This document shows positions 28,901 through 38,542 of a stretch of DNA of 64,000 nucleotides, one piece after another (position 1 is the first letter of the stretch; each line of letters opens with the position of its first letter). The notes under the pieces are model-generated. The model saw only the letters and a program-made list of their open reading frames with translations. It was not told the DNA's origin and ran no database searches. Source of the stretch: Fibrobacteria bacterium (GTDB lineage: Bacteria > Fibrobacterota > Chitinivibrionia > Chitinivibrionales > FEN-1185); contig JBBIGR010000017.1 in assembly GCA_037447435.1 (NCBI GenBank), forward strand, positions 1 to 64,000. Direction: 5' to 3'. The translations under genes were made by a program, and so were the position numbers.

Positions 28901-30630
28901 ACATTCTCTTCAGCCAAGTATCCGTTTTACCCAAACAACCTTGTTTCGGCGACAGTGTGGTTATTTCGGCGACTATTACAACGCCCGATTCCTCCCAAAA
29001 ACCGCAAACGATTTTATGTTTGTATGCTATTGCTTCACGATCAATATCGAGCCCGACGTACAACGGTGTATCCATGAATTTGGATTCCTCGGGAAATTGG
29101 CTGAGCAACGGCAAAATACCGCTCTTGTTTCATGGTAACCCGGGTGAAGAATTGCTGTTGAAATTCAGAGTTATCGGTACTGGAATTTCGGATACTACCG
29201 AATTATATACATTCCCCATAAAAGGACGGCCCGATCTGCTTTTCACCGGAAACGGTCCGCGTATGATTTTCTTACATGATTCACTCTTTATTCAAGGTGA
29301 GATCCTGAATGCCGGCACTATGTCCTGTCCCGGCTTTACCATGGCTTATTATAGCGATACACTGCAATCGAAGATACTATTTTCAATACCGTTCAAAGAT
29401 TCTCTTGCTCCCGGAAAAAGCCGTTTGTTCGGATTTTCGATTCCCGACACGCAAGGTACCGTTGCAATATCGTTACAATTGAATCCGGAAAAAAAGTTTG
29501 ATGAAATTAATTTGAGCAACAACATCGCTTCGGTTAAAAAGTCGATCGTTTTCGCTGATTTATTTGACAGCAAAGACTCCTTGTTTTCATCAAATAAAGG
29601 CTTGGTGATACACCCGAATAAAAAGCTTTCATCGTCTTATAGGGTCTTCTTGTTTACCGATACCATCGGTAGTAAATTTCCTATATCAACGGAATCCTAC
29701 TGGGTTCCTCTTGAAAAGGACAGTATTAAGCAATTTTCTATCGGCACGCGGCCGTCTTTTAAGCAAAGCGACAGTTTATTGTGGACTTTTTTCAGATCCG
29801 GATTCAATACTGACTCGCAAAAAAAAACGGATGTATCGTCATCGGCAAAACTTTGTTTTTGTACGTATGATCCGCAAATAAATTCGTGGAGGTTTTTTCC
29901 GAGCGTATCAGATACGCAGAAATCTAAATGTATATCTGCTTGTCAAAATTCGGGTCCCTTTGCTTTAGCGTCGCTCAGCGACATAAAACCTCCTCAAATA
30001 AGGGCTTCAGTGTACGGCAGAGAAATTTTATTCCTTGATTATGCTGCGAAAGGCAAACCGTTTAATTTGTTTATTTCCGATCAATCGGGCATTATTCCTT
30101 CGTCAATTACGGTTTCTCTTAACAATCAAGCGCTCGATACGTCTCTCGTTTCGAAGGTGGCATCGCAACCGGATTTAAAGGAATTATCAATCACCGCATA
30201 TCCTAAAAAAGAATATTCAATCGATTCATTGAGCGTAACCGCGCAAGATTTTGCCGGAAATTCAAACACCGCCGTATTTGCATATATGGCCGGTGAAGAT
30301 TTGACGATTAAGCATTTTTCCTGCCATCCTAATCCGTTTTCGGCTAAACAAGACAATGCCTTGCATACATTGCAAACGATTCGTTTTGCTTTTTTAATTA
30401 CCGACGTTGCCAAAGACGCGTCGATAGTCATTTACACGATCGCAAACCGTGTTATTTGGAAATGGGAGAAAACAGACGGAATTATTGGATATCAGGAAGT
30501 GCCTTGGGACGGCAAAACATCACAAGGGTATAGGATTGCGAACGGTACTTACTATGCGAAGCTTACGGTAAAAAACGATTCGAAAAAAGTTACTTCAATA
30601 ATAAGAATTGCTAAACTGGAAGGATATTGA
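25903..30630 (+). CDS. PorU-like peptidase C25 (gingipain family) with CARDB-like and FlgD-Ig/CTD domains
   Basis: DEDGIYEL, NVYWL, YLLLGGD, VGRFP, His-Cys dyad NFNGHGG...FTCLTG, YNLLGDPA, EINLSNN, C-terminal PNPF..WDGK..NGTYY. Confidence 0.85.
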   Translation: MIKIVLLAIMSIPVLVCPSYGIAYKVSSISSQQINVSYQLDSFEIKNALNRDPILFGFSIPATSTYTVSVSSDNSTQVSAIPVTILSKGFCGTSNLQWISFLPYSVSSTNDKNAVNHGTISIRFTSSAINPNQNFSIKNGIMRFSTQTPLQKIASISRQELPSRSGLRMFIDEDGIYELKFSDLRKLGVPIDNIPLQYFKIYCKNVEIPCLFSQASQLPVGNDNSILFFAQSLRGTTTYYSQFSKSNVYWLTWQTDRPGQRIAEVSGAKRRDITSYQGLGVKSIAAKDFFDTVHCEQDNILLSLGNSFSVQDMADSSQATITDQWYWGEIGSTALTDFSFDLPSPTVSMDQSFSARLRIRLQGVTNDPNVPFDHKIAIYLNSDTLGVAQWDGQTQYDFTSSYFPSSKLLPGQNKITFNVLQTQSQIGTDLSLLNWIDVEYYRTFNTNTDELFFKNNSSDVNTALQFSITGLTKPFVDLWDLTMNRFYSGFSIETDASHSKKLYSVVFQDTLTKVHSFLCQTTDKRLYPRELKLDTIKTDWDQVAKADYIVVTVDSFFAAFSPFVDMYKAKNMNVALVNISDVYNSFSFGIRDPESIRLLMQYLYQVPSSNKPRYLLLGGDCTQGLDKIYRDRNIVPTHLSQVPGWGPAADDGYFSTIIGDDNFPDLYVGRFPANTISEIKNIVDKTISYQTKQVNGPWHDNLLLVGGAEPDFTTFNDQMVSEVIGAQMNITRLDGDPTSKFYRDATTASKDMAGYINAGTYAINFNGHGGGLVWSDSKFFSYSDLTNLYNGQWDKAGRLPLVFSFTCLTGFFESPIYRSLGEEFVRIPKNGAIGFFGASGYTSKRGNLIMNRMFLENGLNGNFESIGELLWLCKTTMLAEFGSEYLPLIREYNLLGDPALPWKLAPVNTMTTTLAKQSLGSKDSLLISGNCATITKGQVKTSIGADYMKWNDYSTPVLSNRYSLKVPLKDSINTSHGYVHSFAWNDSVESRSFTSFSKNNILFSQVSVLPKQPCFGDSVVISATITTPDSSQKPQTILCLYAIASRSISSPTYNGVSMNLDSSGNWLSNGKIPLLFHGNPGEELLLKFRVIGTGISDTTELYTFPIKGRPDLLFTGNGPRMIFLHDSLFIQGEILNAGTMSCPGFTMAYYSDTLQSKILFSIPFKDSLAPGKSRLFGFSIPDTQGTVAISLQLNPEKKFDEINLSNNIASVKKSIVFADLFDSKDSLFSSNKGLVIHPNKKLSSSYRVFLFTDTIGSKFPISTESYWVPLEKDSIKQFSIGTRPSFKQSDSLLWTFFRSGFNTDSQKKTDVSSSAKLCFCTYDPQINSWRFFPSVSDTQKSKCISACQNSGPFALASLSDIKPPQIRASVYGREILFLDYAAKGKPFNLFISDQSGIIPSSITVSLNNQALDTSLVSKVASQPDLKELSITAYPKKEYSIDSLSVTAQDFAGNSNTAVFAYMAGEDLTIKHFSCHPNPFSAKQDNALHTLQTIRFAFLITDVAKDASIVIYTIANRVIWKWEKTDGIIGYQEVPWDGKTSQGYRIANGTYYAKLTVKNDSKKVTSIIRIAKLEGY

Positions 30631-31373
30631 TGTCTATTTTATACGTTGTCGCCACACCGATCGGCAATCTGGACGATATCGGAATAAGGGCAAAAAGAAT
30701 TCTATCGGAAGTGGACACCGTCCTTGCCGAAGATACCAGGCAATCCAAAATCCTTCTTACTCATATCGGTGCGACACCTAAAAATTTGATTGCATATCAT
30801 GATTTTAACAAAGAAAAAATCACTCCCCGCCTCATTGATTCTCTTAAATCCGGCATCGACATGGCCATTATCTGCGATGCCGGAACACCGGGTATTGCCG
30901 ATGAAGCCTTCTATCTTGTAAGGCAAGCCATTCGTGAAAATATTCGGGTGGTGCCGATCCCGGGTGCTTGTGCCTTTATTACTGCGTTGATAGCAAGCGG
31001 CCTTCCGACCGATCGCTTTATTTTTGAAAATTTTCTTCCAGTCAAAAGCGCACGACGTATTCGATTTTTTGAATCGATTAAAAATGAACCTCGAACCGTA
31101 ATTTTTTACGAATCTCCCTATAGAATCGTCAAAGTATTAGAAGAAATGAAAACCACGCTCGGTGACGTATCGATGGCGATTGGCAGGGAAATTTCCAAAA
31201 TCCATGAGGAGTTTCTCCGCGGAACGCCGCAAGCGCTTCTCGCTCACTTCTTAAAGACGAAACCTCGCGGAGAATTTGTGTTACTGGTAAACACCAGGAT
31301 TTCTCCGGAGCAATATGCAATGGGCGAAACCGTGGACTCGAATTCCGAATCCGATGAAAACAATGAAGTTTGA
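30630..31373 (+). CDS. rsmI: 16S rRNA C1402 2'-O-methyltransferase
   Basis: LYVVATPIGNL, AEDTR, DAGTPGIAD, FYESPYR, REISKIHEE. Confidence 0.96.
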   Translation: MSILYVVATPIGNLDDIGIRAKRILSEVDTVLAEDTRQSKILLTHIGATPKNLIAYHDFNKEKITPRLIDSLKSGIDMAIICDAGTPGIADEAFYLVRQAIRENIRVVPIPGACAFITALIASGLPTDRFIFENFLPVKSARRIRFFESIKNEPRTVIFYESPYRIVKVLEEMKTTLGDVSMAIGREISKIHEEFLRGTPQALLAHFLKTKPRGEFVLLVNTRISPEQYAMGETVDSNSESDENNEV

Positions 31374-31435
31374 AATCAGATTATGATTTTATGGATAACA
31401 TGAAAATGCGTTACGCTATGTCAAAATACGGGAAG

Positions 31436-32392
31436 CTATTCGAGGTACTTCGTATAGGTAAGCCGTAATTTTTCCAAAATCTGCCGTAAGTCGACAGGAA
31501 TTGGTGCCGCAATCGTTTGCGCCTCGTTTGTAAAAGGATGAATAAAATCCAATTGTTCGCAATGTAATGCCTGCCGGGGAAATTCGAGCATTGCATTGCT
31601 CTTTTGCGGGTCGGCTCTCCATTGCAAATATGCCTGCTCGTTCATGCCGTAAAGCTTATCGCCGAATATTGGACAACCGAATGAAAGGCTGTGGATCCGG
31701 ATTTGATGAGTGCGTCCGGTAACGGGAAAAGCCCTTAACAACGCATAATTTACGTTTTTATCTATAACGCTAAATGATGTAGAAGCCGGCTTGCCGGCAG
31801 AGGCATCGATTCGAAACTTATAATGTATCTCCGAAGAAGTATCCTGACCTATAGGTAAATCGACCGTGAAATTATCTTGGGGCGGACAGTTTTTTACTAT
31901 AGCGCAATATCGTTTTTCGACCTTATGGGCGGCAAAAAGTGCATGAAACCGCTTTAAGCAATCGGTCGATTTGGAAAACAAAACAATACCCGATGTTTCT
32001 CGGTCTAACCTATTGATGGAATCCAATGAAGCATAAGCCGGATTATTTGAGCAATGACGTAATAAATAAACCAGATTTTTCGTAATTGACGATCCGGATT
32101 TGTGTACCAAAAGGTTGCCCGGTTTGTCTATTGCAACAATCCATTCATCCTCATATATGACTTTATAATTGCAATCTGCTTCCGGCTCGGGGATATTTTC
32201 GACGAAATAGGAAATAATGTCCCCGTTTTTAAGTATTGCTTCGGGAATAACTTCCTTGTCATTTAACAAAATTTGGCGATCGGAAATCCGTTCCATCCAT
32301 TGTAATTTTGAAAGATACGTAAATCGTGTAGAAAGAAAATCGATGAGAAGTGTATTGTGAGATGATTGATACACTCGTGAAGTAAGTTTCAT
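31436..32392 (-). CDS. RluA-family pseudouridine synthase
   Basis: DKPGNLLVH, NRLDRETSG, TGRTHQIRIH, GDKLY, RQALH. Confidence 0.93.
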   Translation of the reverse strand: MKLTSRVYQSSHNTLLIDFLSTRFTYLSKLQWMERISDRQILLNDKEVIPEAILKNGDIISYFVENIPEPEADCNYKVIYEDEWIVAIDKPGNLLVHKSGSSITKNLVYLLRHCSNNPAYASLDSINRLDRETSGIVLFSKSTDCLKRFHALFAAHKVEKRYCAIVKNCPPQDNFTVDLPIGQDTSSEIHYKFRIDASAGKPASTSFSVIDKNVNYALLRAFPVTGRTHQIRIHSLSFGCPIFGDKLYGMNEQAYLQWRADPQKSNAMLEFPRQALHCEQLDFIHPFTNEAQTIAAPIPVDLRQILEKLRLTYTKYLE

Positions 32393-33324
32393 ATTTCATT
32401 GATATATAAAGGCTTATATCCTTTGACCGGATTGTTAAAATAATTAATGATAATTATCTCGGTCATTTTATTTCTATCGATATTAACAATCAATCGGTCG
32501 ATATATTCTCTTGCGATATAAAAACCTCTTCCGTGAGTGTCATAGACGCCTAACGGTACGCCGGAGTCGTCTCGTGAAACTTGGCGGTTCAGCCAATAGA
32601 GTACATCGGATTTTTTTAATCTGCCCCCCCGGTCCATTACCGAGACGCCGAATTTCTCCTGATCTGCCACAACGGTAACTTCTATGGCTTCGGCATCCGA
32701 AAGTTCAAAATTATAATTCCATTTCTCTTTATCTTCGGCAGATTCTTTCCTGATACCGTAAAAAACAGCGTTTGCGAGAAGTTCTATTAAAACCAATTCA
32801 ACTCTTTTTGCATTGCGGACCAGGTTTATCGATGAAATGATATCATTGGCATTCGTGTCGAGCGAATCGCCTCTTTTAATTAAAAACGATTTTTGAATCG
32901 TCGGATGATCAAAATGTTTCTGAATCCCGAAGATATCGTTAGTTAAAAGGTTCGAAAGTATTGTCGAAAGTTCGATAAAATTAAAGGGCGTTGATTTGAC
33001 GAATATGTTTCCGACATCGTGTTTTAATGCGAGATCCAAATAATCCTCGACATTGTATGCCGTAATGAGAACTCGTTTAGTGAGAGGATATTTTTCGCGG
33101 ACGATGCGGAGTAATTCAAAACCCTTCATTTTTGGCATATTGATATCGGACAATACCAAGTCTATAGGCCTGTTTTCAAAATGCTGTTCGAGCGCATCAA
33201 CGCCGTTTTGCGCGGAAATTACGGAGTATCCTTCTTCGTCAAGATAATCGACAATCATTTCCCGCATTTCGGTTTCATCATCGACGACCAAAATACAGAT
33301 GTCTTTTTTTTCTTTACAGCTCAT
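32389..33324 (-). CDS. Response regulator with RsbW-like HATPase output domain
   Basis: REC (VVDDE, SDINMP); ELLANAVFYG, MDRGG, HGRGFYI; no HisKA domain. Confidence 0.8.
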   Translation of the reverse strand: MSCKEKKDICILVVDDETEMREMIVDYLDEEGYSVISAQNGVDALEQHFENRPIDLVLSDINMPKMKGFELLRIVREKYPLTKRVLITAYNVEDYLDLALKHDVGNIFVKSTPFNFIELSTILSNLLTNDIFGIQKHFDHPTIQKSFLIKRGDSLDTNANDIISSINLVRNAKRVELVLIELLANAVFYGIRKESAEDKEKWNYNFELSDAEAIEVTVVADQEKFGVSVMDRGGRLKKSDVLYWLNRQVSRDDSGVPLGVYDTHGRGFYIAREYIDRLIVNIDRNKMTEIIIINYFNNPVKGYKPLYINEI

Positions 33325-33339
33325 ATTATTTTCAATTTC

Positions 33340-35526
33340 ATGCGACTGGTAACCGGAATACAGAAATACTTTCCGCGTTTCTTTGAATGGCTACAATTTC
33401 CATCATTTTGCGGATGGCTGTCTTTTTGTTCCGGCATAGTTTTACAGCAAATATGCACCATACCGTTATTTAACGTACCGATATTTTATAATGAAGCTAT
33501 TGTTTTTTCAATCATTTTTTTCGGTATTTGCGCACTTTTTATTCGGCCTATAGCGCTCAAATGTTTACTTCTGGTTATTGCCGGATATGTATGCATGACG
33601 ATGTCGTGGAATGAACAAAAAAAGGTGTATCACGATGCGAGCGTTAAAATAAAAAATTGCCCCACTTCCATTTTGACCGGGACAATTGTATCGCAACAGA
33701 CAATGTTTTCGAACGGAAAATATGTTTATTTGGTAAAAACGGATTCTTTAAACGGATCTTTTGGAGCGGTATTCAAAAATAAGAATTTACTTTTTTATAC
33801 TATCAAAAACATCCCCTTTAGATCCAGCATCAAGGCAAACGGCAAATTTTCCATACCCATTCCCAAACAAAACCCAGGCGCATATGATGATTATTTGAAT
33901 TGTATTTCGAACGATATCTGGGGACGCTTCTTCGCCGATTCCATCGAATATATGACCGGAAAAACGACATTTTCGGACAAAATACGTTTTTTCATTTCCG
34001 CAACCCTTACAAAAGCATGTTCTCATTTTAAAAACAATGAATATAAAGGGATTATTATAGCGTCGCTGGTTAATGATAAAAGTGAATTATCCGATGATAT
34101 GAAACAGCTTTTTTTTAAAGCAGGAATCTATCATTTACTGGCTCTTTCCGGCTTTAATGTGGCAATTTTTGCTGCAATGCTCCTGTTTTTCTTATCGTTT
34201 TTTCCTATTAACAGATTGATAAAGACGCTTATTATCATTGGATTTATATGGTCATTTTACGGTTTTATCGGGTCGCTACCATCTCTTTTTCGAGCAGTTG
34301 TCATGACCACAATCGTTTTAGCAGCATATTTATTTCAGCGAAAGCCCTACGCTTTGAATTCATTGGGACTTGCCGGAATGATTTGGTTGCTTTTTTCGCC
34401 ATTATCTTTATATACCGTGAGCTATCAATTGTCCTTCTGCGCGACTTTCGGGCTTATTTCATTGTTTCCGGTTTTACAGGAACATTTTTCCTTGAAACAC
34501 AATTCTTTTTTGACGTCCAGGGTATTAAACCCGCTTATTTCAGTTTCCCTTGTTTCCATTTCCGCATTTATTGCCACTGTACCGGTACTTTGCTATCATT
34601 TCGGAACAATTTCCTTTGCAGGAATTATTGCTAATTTATTTTCAGTTTGGTTAATGTCTATGGCGATGATTTGCGCGATTGCCGGTTTCATTTTTCAAAT
34701 AATTATGCCCTTTTTGACCGGTGCATGCATGGGATTTTCGGAATTGCTTATTGCATTAATGATTTATCTATGCTCAATCGTAGAAGTTTTCCCTTTTGCA
34801 ATTATACAATCACCTCATTTTCATCCAACGATATATATAGTTTTTTCAGTATTTATTATTTTTATTTGCGTTATAAAAGTTTCAAAAATAAAGGCAACTA
34901 TTTTTATCGGATTATTTGCGGTCATTATTATTTCAACGGCAATCTTTTTTGTAGACAAGCATTTTTCTCAGCCGACAATTACAGCGTTTTATGTAAAAAA
35001 TGACAATCTTTGGGGAATTCGTTGGCCCGATAATAGCCTCAGTATTGCCGGGTATAGTTCGGAACGCCAAAGAAATTCTACTTTCAACATGATTATAACC
35101 CCATGGATCAATACGAATTACAATAATTGTCTCTCCTCCGTCCTTTTATCGAATTCTCCCTGCAATTCAATTCATTTTCTAGAGCCAATGTTAAAAGGAG
35201 CTCATGTAAAAACGATATACGCATTGCCTCAGGAGAAAAAATGCGGTTATTTTCAATGCTTCCTGAATGAGTATAAAGCGGATTTAATTACCGTAAGTCC
35301 AAATGACGTTGTGCCGGTCGGTTCGCATGCTTCATTTTCATTTTTAGGCGGAAACACTGTTTTTGTTAAAACAGGAATTAACAATCTCGTTCAGATTTTT
35401 GAGGACTCTGCTCATACTCCAACAGCAAAAACAGGGGCGATTATCTATTCTTTTCAAAAAAACAGCCCGATTCGACCAAGGCAATTTGTAAGTCAACAAC
35501 ATCCGGCTTATGGATTCCTTGAATAA
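33340..35526 (+). CDS. comEC: ComEC/Rec2 competence membrane protein
   Basis: NPGAYDD, AGIYHLLALSGFNV, SLFRAVVM, SYQLSF, GIIANL; exact start uncertain. Confidence 0.85.
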   Translation: MRLVTGIQKYFPRFFEWLQFPSFCGWLSFCSGIVLQQICTIPLFNVPIFYNEAIVFSIIFFGICALFIRPIALKCLLLVIAGYVCMTMSWNEQKKVYHDASVKIKNCPTSILTGTIVSQQTMFSNGKYVYLVKTDSLNGSFGAVFKNKNLLFYTIKNIPFRSSIKANGKFSIPIPKQNPGAYDDYLNCISNDIWGRFFADSIEYMTGKTTFSDKIRFFISATLTKACSHFKNNEYKGIIIASLVNDKSELSDDMKQLFFKAGIYHLLALSGFNVAIFAAMLLFFLSFFPINRLIKTLIIIGFIWSFYGFIGSLPSLFRAVVMTTIVLAAYLFQRKPYALNSLGLAGMIWLLFSPLSLYTVSYQLSFCATFGLISLFPVLQEHFSLKHNSFLTSRVLNPLISVSLVSISAFIATVPVLCYHFGTISFAGIIANLFSVWLMSMAMICAIAGFIFQIIMPFLTGACMGFSELLIALMIYLCSIVEVFPFAIIQSPHFHPTIYIVFSVFIIFICVIKVSKIKATIFIGLFAVIIISTAIFFVDKHFSQPTITAFYVKNDNLWGIRWPDNSLSIAGYSSERQRNSTFNMIITPWINTNYNNCLSSVLLSNSPCNSIHFLEPMLKGAHVKTIYALPQEKKCGYFQCFLNEYKADLITVSPNDVVPVGSHASFSFLGGNTVFVKTGINNLVQIFEDSAHTPTAKTGAIIYSFQKNSPIRPRQFVSQQHPAYGFLE

Positions 35527-35591
35527 GATGTATATTTGAAAACCCTGCCAGCCGGGCTGAATGCGCATATCTTTAAGGAGAAAAGTATACT

Positions 35592-36758
35592 ATGATACCG
35601 ATTGATTTTAAACGCGACATATCCTCAATACTTATAACATGCCCCAAAGGTCTTGCCCGGTATTTGGAAAATGAGGTCCTGGATCTCAAAATGAGTATCG
35701 TCAGATCATTACCGAGTGCCGTATTGACAACCGGGACAATTTTCGACTGCATGAAATTGAACCTCAGTCTCTTCACGGCACATCACGTTTTATACAAAGT
35801 GCATGAATGCATTGCCCGCAATCCGGACGAAATGTATTCCGCAATTAAATCGTTGGCATGGGAAAAGATTATCCCGCTGGATGAAATCCTCTGCATCACC
35901 TCAACCGTAAAAACGCCATCAATCAAAGATTCTCGTTTTGCAAATCTGAGATGCAAAGATGCAATCGTCGACAGGTTGGCGGAAAAAACCGGCAAACGAT
36001 GCAACAGCGGACCCTCCCGTGAAGGTTTTGTCGTCCATTTGTATTGGCAAGATGAACGATGCATGGTTTATTTGGACACCTCCGGCGAAACTTTGTCCCG
36101 CAGAGGGTATAGAAAAAATCCGGGTGAAGCCCCAATGCAGGAAACCCTGGCAGCCGGTGTAGTGCGGGCCACCGATTGGCAAGGAAATAAAGACCATTTT
36201 GTCAACCCGATGTGCGGCAGCGGTACATTGGCAATCGAGGCGGCGCTTTTTTCATTGCGAAAAAAAGCGGGAATGCTTCGTTCGAATTTCGGATTCATGC
36301 ATTATTTGCCTTTTGCAAAAGAAGAATTTACCGCATTAAAAGAGGAATATAAGTCTAAGGAAATTTCAAAACTTGAACATAAAATCATCGCTACCGATAT
36401 AAGTGCTGCGGCACTTTCCGCTGCACGGGAAAACAGCCGTTGCGCGGGTGTCGAACAATTTATTGATTTTAAGCAATGCGATATCTCCGACACATCCGTA
36501 CCCCAGGGAAAAGGGATCGTGGTTGTTAATCCCGAATATGGTATTCGAATGGGAACCGTCGAAGAATTGCAAGCCGTGTATAAAAGAATCGGCGACTTTT
36601 TCAAACAAAAATGTTCAGGGTACAATGGTTTTGTTTTTACTGGCAATTTTGATCTAATTAAAAAAATCGGCTTAAAATCAAAACGAAGAATACAATTTCT
36701 AAGTGCAAAACTTGAATGTAAATTGTATGAATATGAACTTTATTCAGGTAGTCGATGA
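35592..36758 (+). CDS. rlmL: THUMP-domain 23S rRNA methyltransferase (RlmL/YpsC-like)
   Basis: DTSGETLSRRGYR, APMQETLAAG, NPMCGSGT, NPEYGIR. Confidence 0.88.
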   Translation: MIPIDFKRDISSILITCPKGLARYLENEVLDLKMSIVRSLPSAVLTTGTIFDCMKLNLSLFTAHHVLYKVHECIARNPDEMYSAIKSLAWEKIIPLDEILCITSTVKTPSIKDSRFANLRCKDAIVDRLAEKTGKRCNSGPSREGFVVHLYWQDERCMVYLDTSGETLSRRGYRKNPGEAPMQETLAAGVVRATDWQGNKDHFVNPMCGSGTLAIEAALFSLRKKAGMLRSNFGFMHYLPFAKEEFTALKEEYKSKEISKLEHKIIATDISAAALSAARENSRCAGVEQFIDFKQCDISDTSVPQGKGIVVVNPEYGIRMGTVEELQAVYKRIGDFFKQKCSGYNGFVFTGNFDLIKKIGLKSKRRIQFLSAKLECKLYEYELYSGSR

Positions 36759-36873
36759 TTTTTCTGGCAGATTAATGCCGTTTTTATTAGATTTTACCCA
36801 TGATATTGAAAATAAATAAATTGTTTATTTTTAAAATGCCGGAATAAGTATCCCTTTTCAAAAAAGAGGTCTT

Positions 36874-37236
36874 ATGGAGCAAATTCCAACAAAAATTTCC
36901 ACGGAAACATGGCAAAACTGGTCGATAGTTGCAATTGAAGGCAAATTTGTCATTAAAAATATTACTGAAATCAGAAAAGTCCTTGAGCCTTTAAAAGACA
37001 AGGAAAAGCCGCATATTGCTTTGGACTTCAGTAAAACATCCCATCTTGACTCGAGCGCAATGACTTTGATGCTTAATTTCCAAAGCCGGCTGAAAGATCA
37101 GGACGGCGTTATGGTTGTTTTTAATGCAAACGACGATATTACCGGAATAATTACCATTGTCGGATTCGATTCATTCGTTCCTATTTTCAGAACAAGAGAA
37201 GATTTCGAACGCAACGCGGCGGCAAATAAAATTTGA
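36874..37236 (+). CDS. STAS-domain anti-sigma factor antagonist
   Basis: LDFSKTSHLDSSAM with phosphorylatable Ser; 120 aa. Confidence 0.88.
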   Translation: MEQIPTKISTETWQNWSIVAIEGKFVIKNITEIRKVLEPLKDKEKPHIALDFSKTSHLDSSAMTLMLNFQSRLKDQDGVMVVFNANDDITGIITIVGFDSFVPIFRTREDFERNAAANKI

Positions 37237-38474
37237 AAAAACCGAATCATGTACATAAAAAATTAAAGTTTTTTTTAAGTGCACCGAGTCTTACGTTTCT
37301 ATTTTTATTTGTTTTCTGCCAGAATAAAATTGCAATGCCGCCTCAATGCGGTGCATTATATGGGAATTGGTTTGTAAATCCGACAAAATCAGCATTTGAT
37401 TCTTTATGTGCCATTAACGATTTCGCCAATAAAAAAGATTCTATAGCATTATACGGCAAAAAGATTTTTTTCGGTAAAGCAGGACAGTGCACGACAATCC
37501 TCTGCGATTCCTTTGGTTCGATATATTCCCTTGGATTTAAAACCCCCAAAGCTTTCACCAAAGACTCACTATATCCTCTTGTCATATATTTGCATGGTGG
37601 AACAGGGACCATAAAGAATACAAAGGGTGAATTCGCCTGGGACATGCTTTCCGGTTTGCAGGACTCGATGCCTGTTTTTTTAGCAAGTCCTTCCGCAAAC
37701 AGAAATGCACCCTGGTGGAGCAACGAAGGCATTTCAAGGATTCTGCAGACTATCCGGTTTATGAATCTTCACTACCCCATCGACACTAAAAGAATCTTTC
37801 TGGCTGGTGTTTCTGACGGTGCCACAGGCTGTTATGCAGCCTCCAACACTATCATATCACCTTTCGCAGGTTTCGTAGCTATATCGGGCTTCGGTGGCAT
37901 GCTGTTTCAAATGGGCATGAATGTGTATCCGCAAAATATCATGCAGCGACCAATTTTAAACATAAATGCTGGTCAAGACCAGATTTATCCGATCGAGGAA
38001 GTAACTAAATTTTGCGATTGGCTTACGAGAAATGGAGTTTTTGTCGAACAAAAGGTATATGCGGATGAAAAACACGGCTTTGATTACAGGGCAAAGGAAA
38101 TCGGCCATCTGGTTCACTTATTTAGGACGTGGAAAAATCCTTCCGGGCAAAAATCGATTAACTGGATTTTCTCAAAAAAGTTTCCTAATCTGCCCCAAAA
38201 CATAATTCAATTCGATTATTCGTCGGATTCTTCGGAGCCGAATATTAACGGTTATTGGAGAGACGATACATTGTTTATAAACGGCACTGGTCTGAAATCG
38301 GTAACAGTTGCTTTTGAGGATGTACATGCAAAAGAAATTTTTGTTTCAATTAATAAAGCATCTATACGTAAAATTCACGCTTTACAAGTTAATGCGGAAC
38401 TATTATTAAATATCGCTCTTAATAATTTAAACCCTTCCCCTCGCCAATCGACAGCATACAAGATAATTTTTTAA
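37233..38474 (+). CDS. Exported alpha/beta hydrolase (esterase/peptidase-like)
   Basis: YPLVIYLHGG, RIFLAGVSDG nucleophile elbow, GQDQIY, KHGF. Confidence 0.78.
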   Translation: MKKPNHVHKKLKFFLSAPSLTFLFLFVFCQNKIAMPPQCGALYGNWFVNPTKSAFDSLCAINDFANKKDSIALYGKKIFFGKAGQCTTILCDSFGSIYSLGFKTPKAFTKDSLYPLVIYLHGGTGTIKNTKGEFAWDMLSGLQDSMPVFLASPSANRNAPWWSNEGISRILQTIRFMNLHYPIDTKRIFLAGVSDGATGCYAASNTIISPFAGFVAISGFGGMLFQMGMNVYPQNIMQRPILNINAGQDQIYPIEEVTKFCDWLTRNGVFVEQKVYADEKHGFDYRAKEIGHLVHLFRTWKNPSGQKSINWIFSKKFPNLPQNIIQFDYSSDSSEPNINGYWRDDTLFINGTGLKSVTVAFEDVHAKEIFVSINKASIRKIHALQVNAELLLNIALNNLNPSPRQSTAYKIIF

Positions 38475-38496
38475 ACTCTGCTTCCGGCGCATATCA

Positions 38497-38529
38497 TTCC
38501 CCTTTCCTATTTTCGGGCGAAGGGGAAAT
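38497..38529. terminator. Hairpin between convergent genes
   Basis: TTCCCCTT...AAGGGGAA inverted repeat. Confidence 0.5.
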
Positions 38530-38542
38530 TATGTACGTTAAT

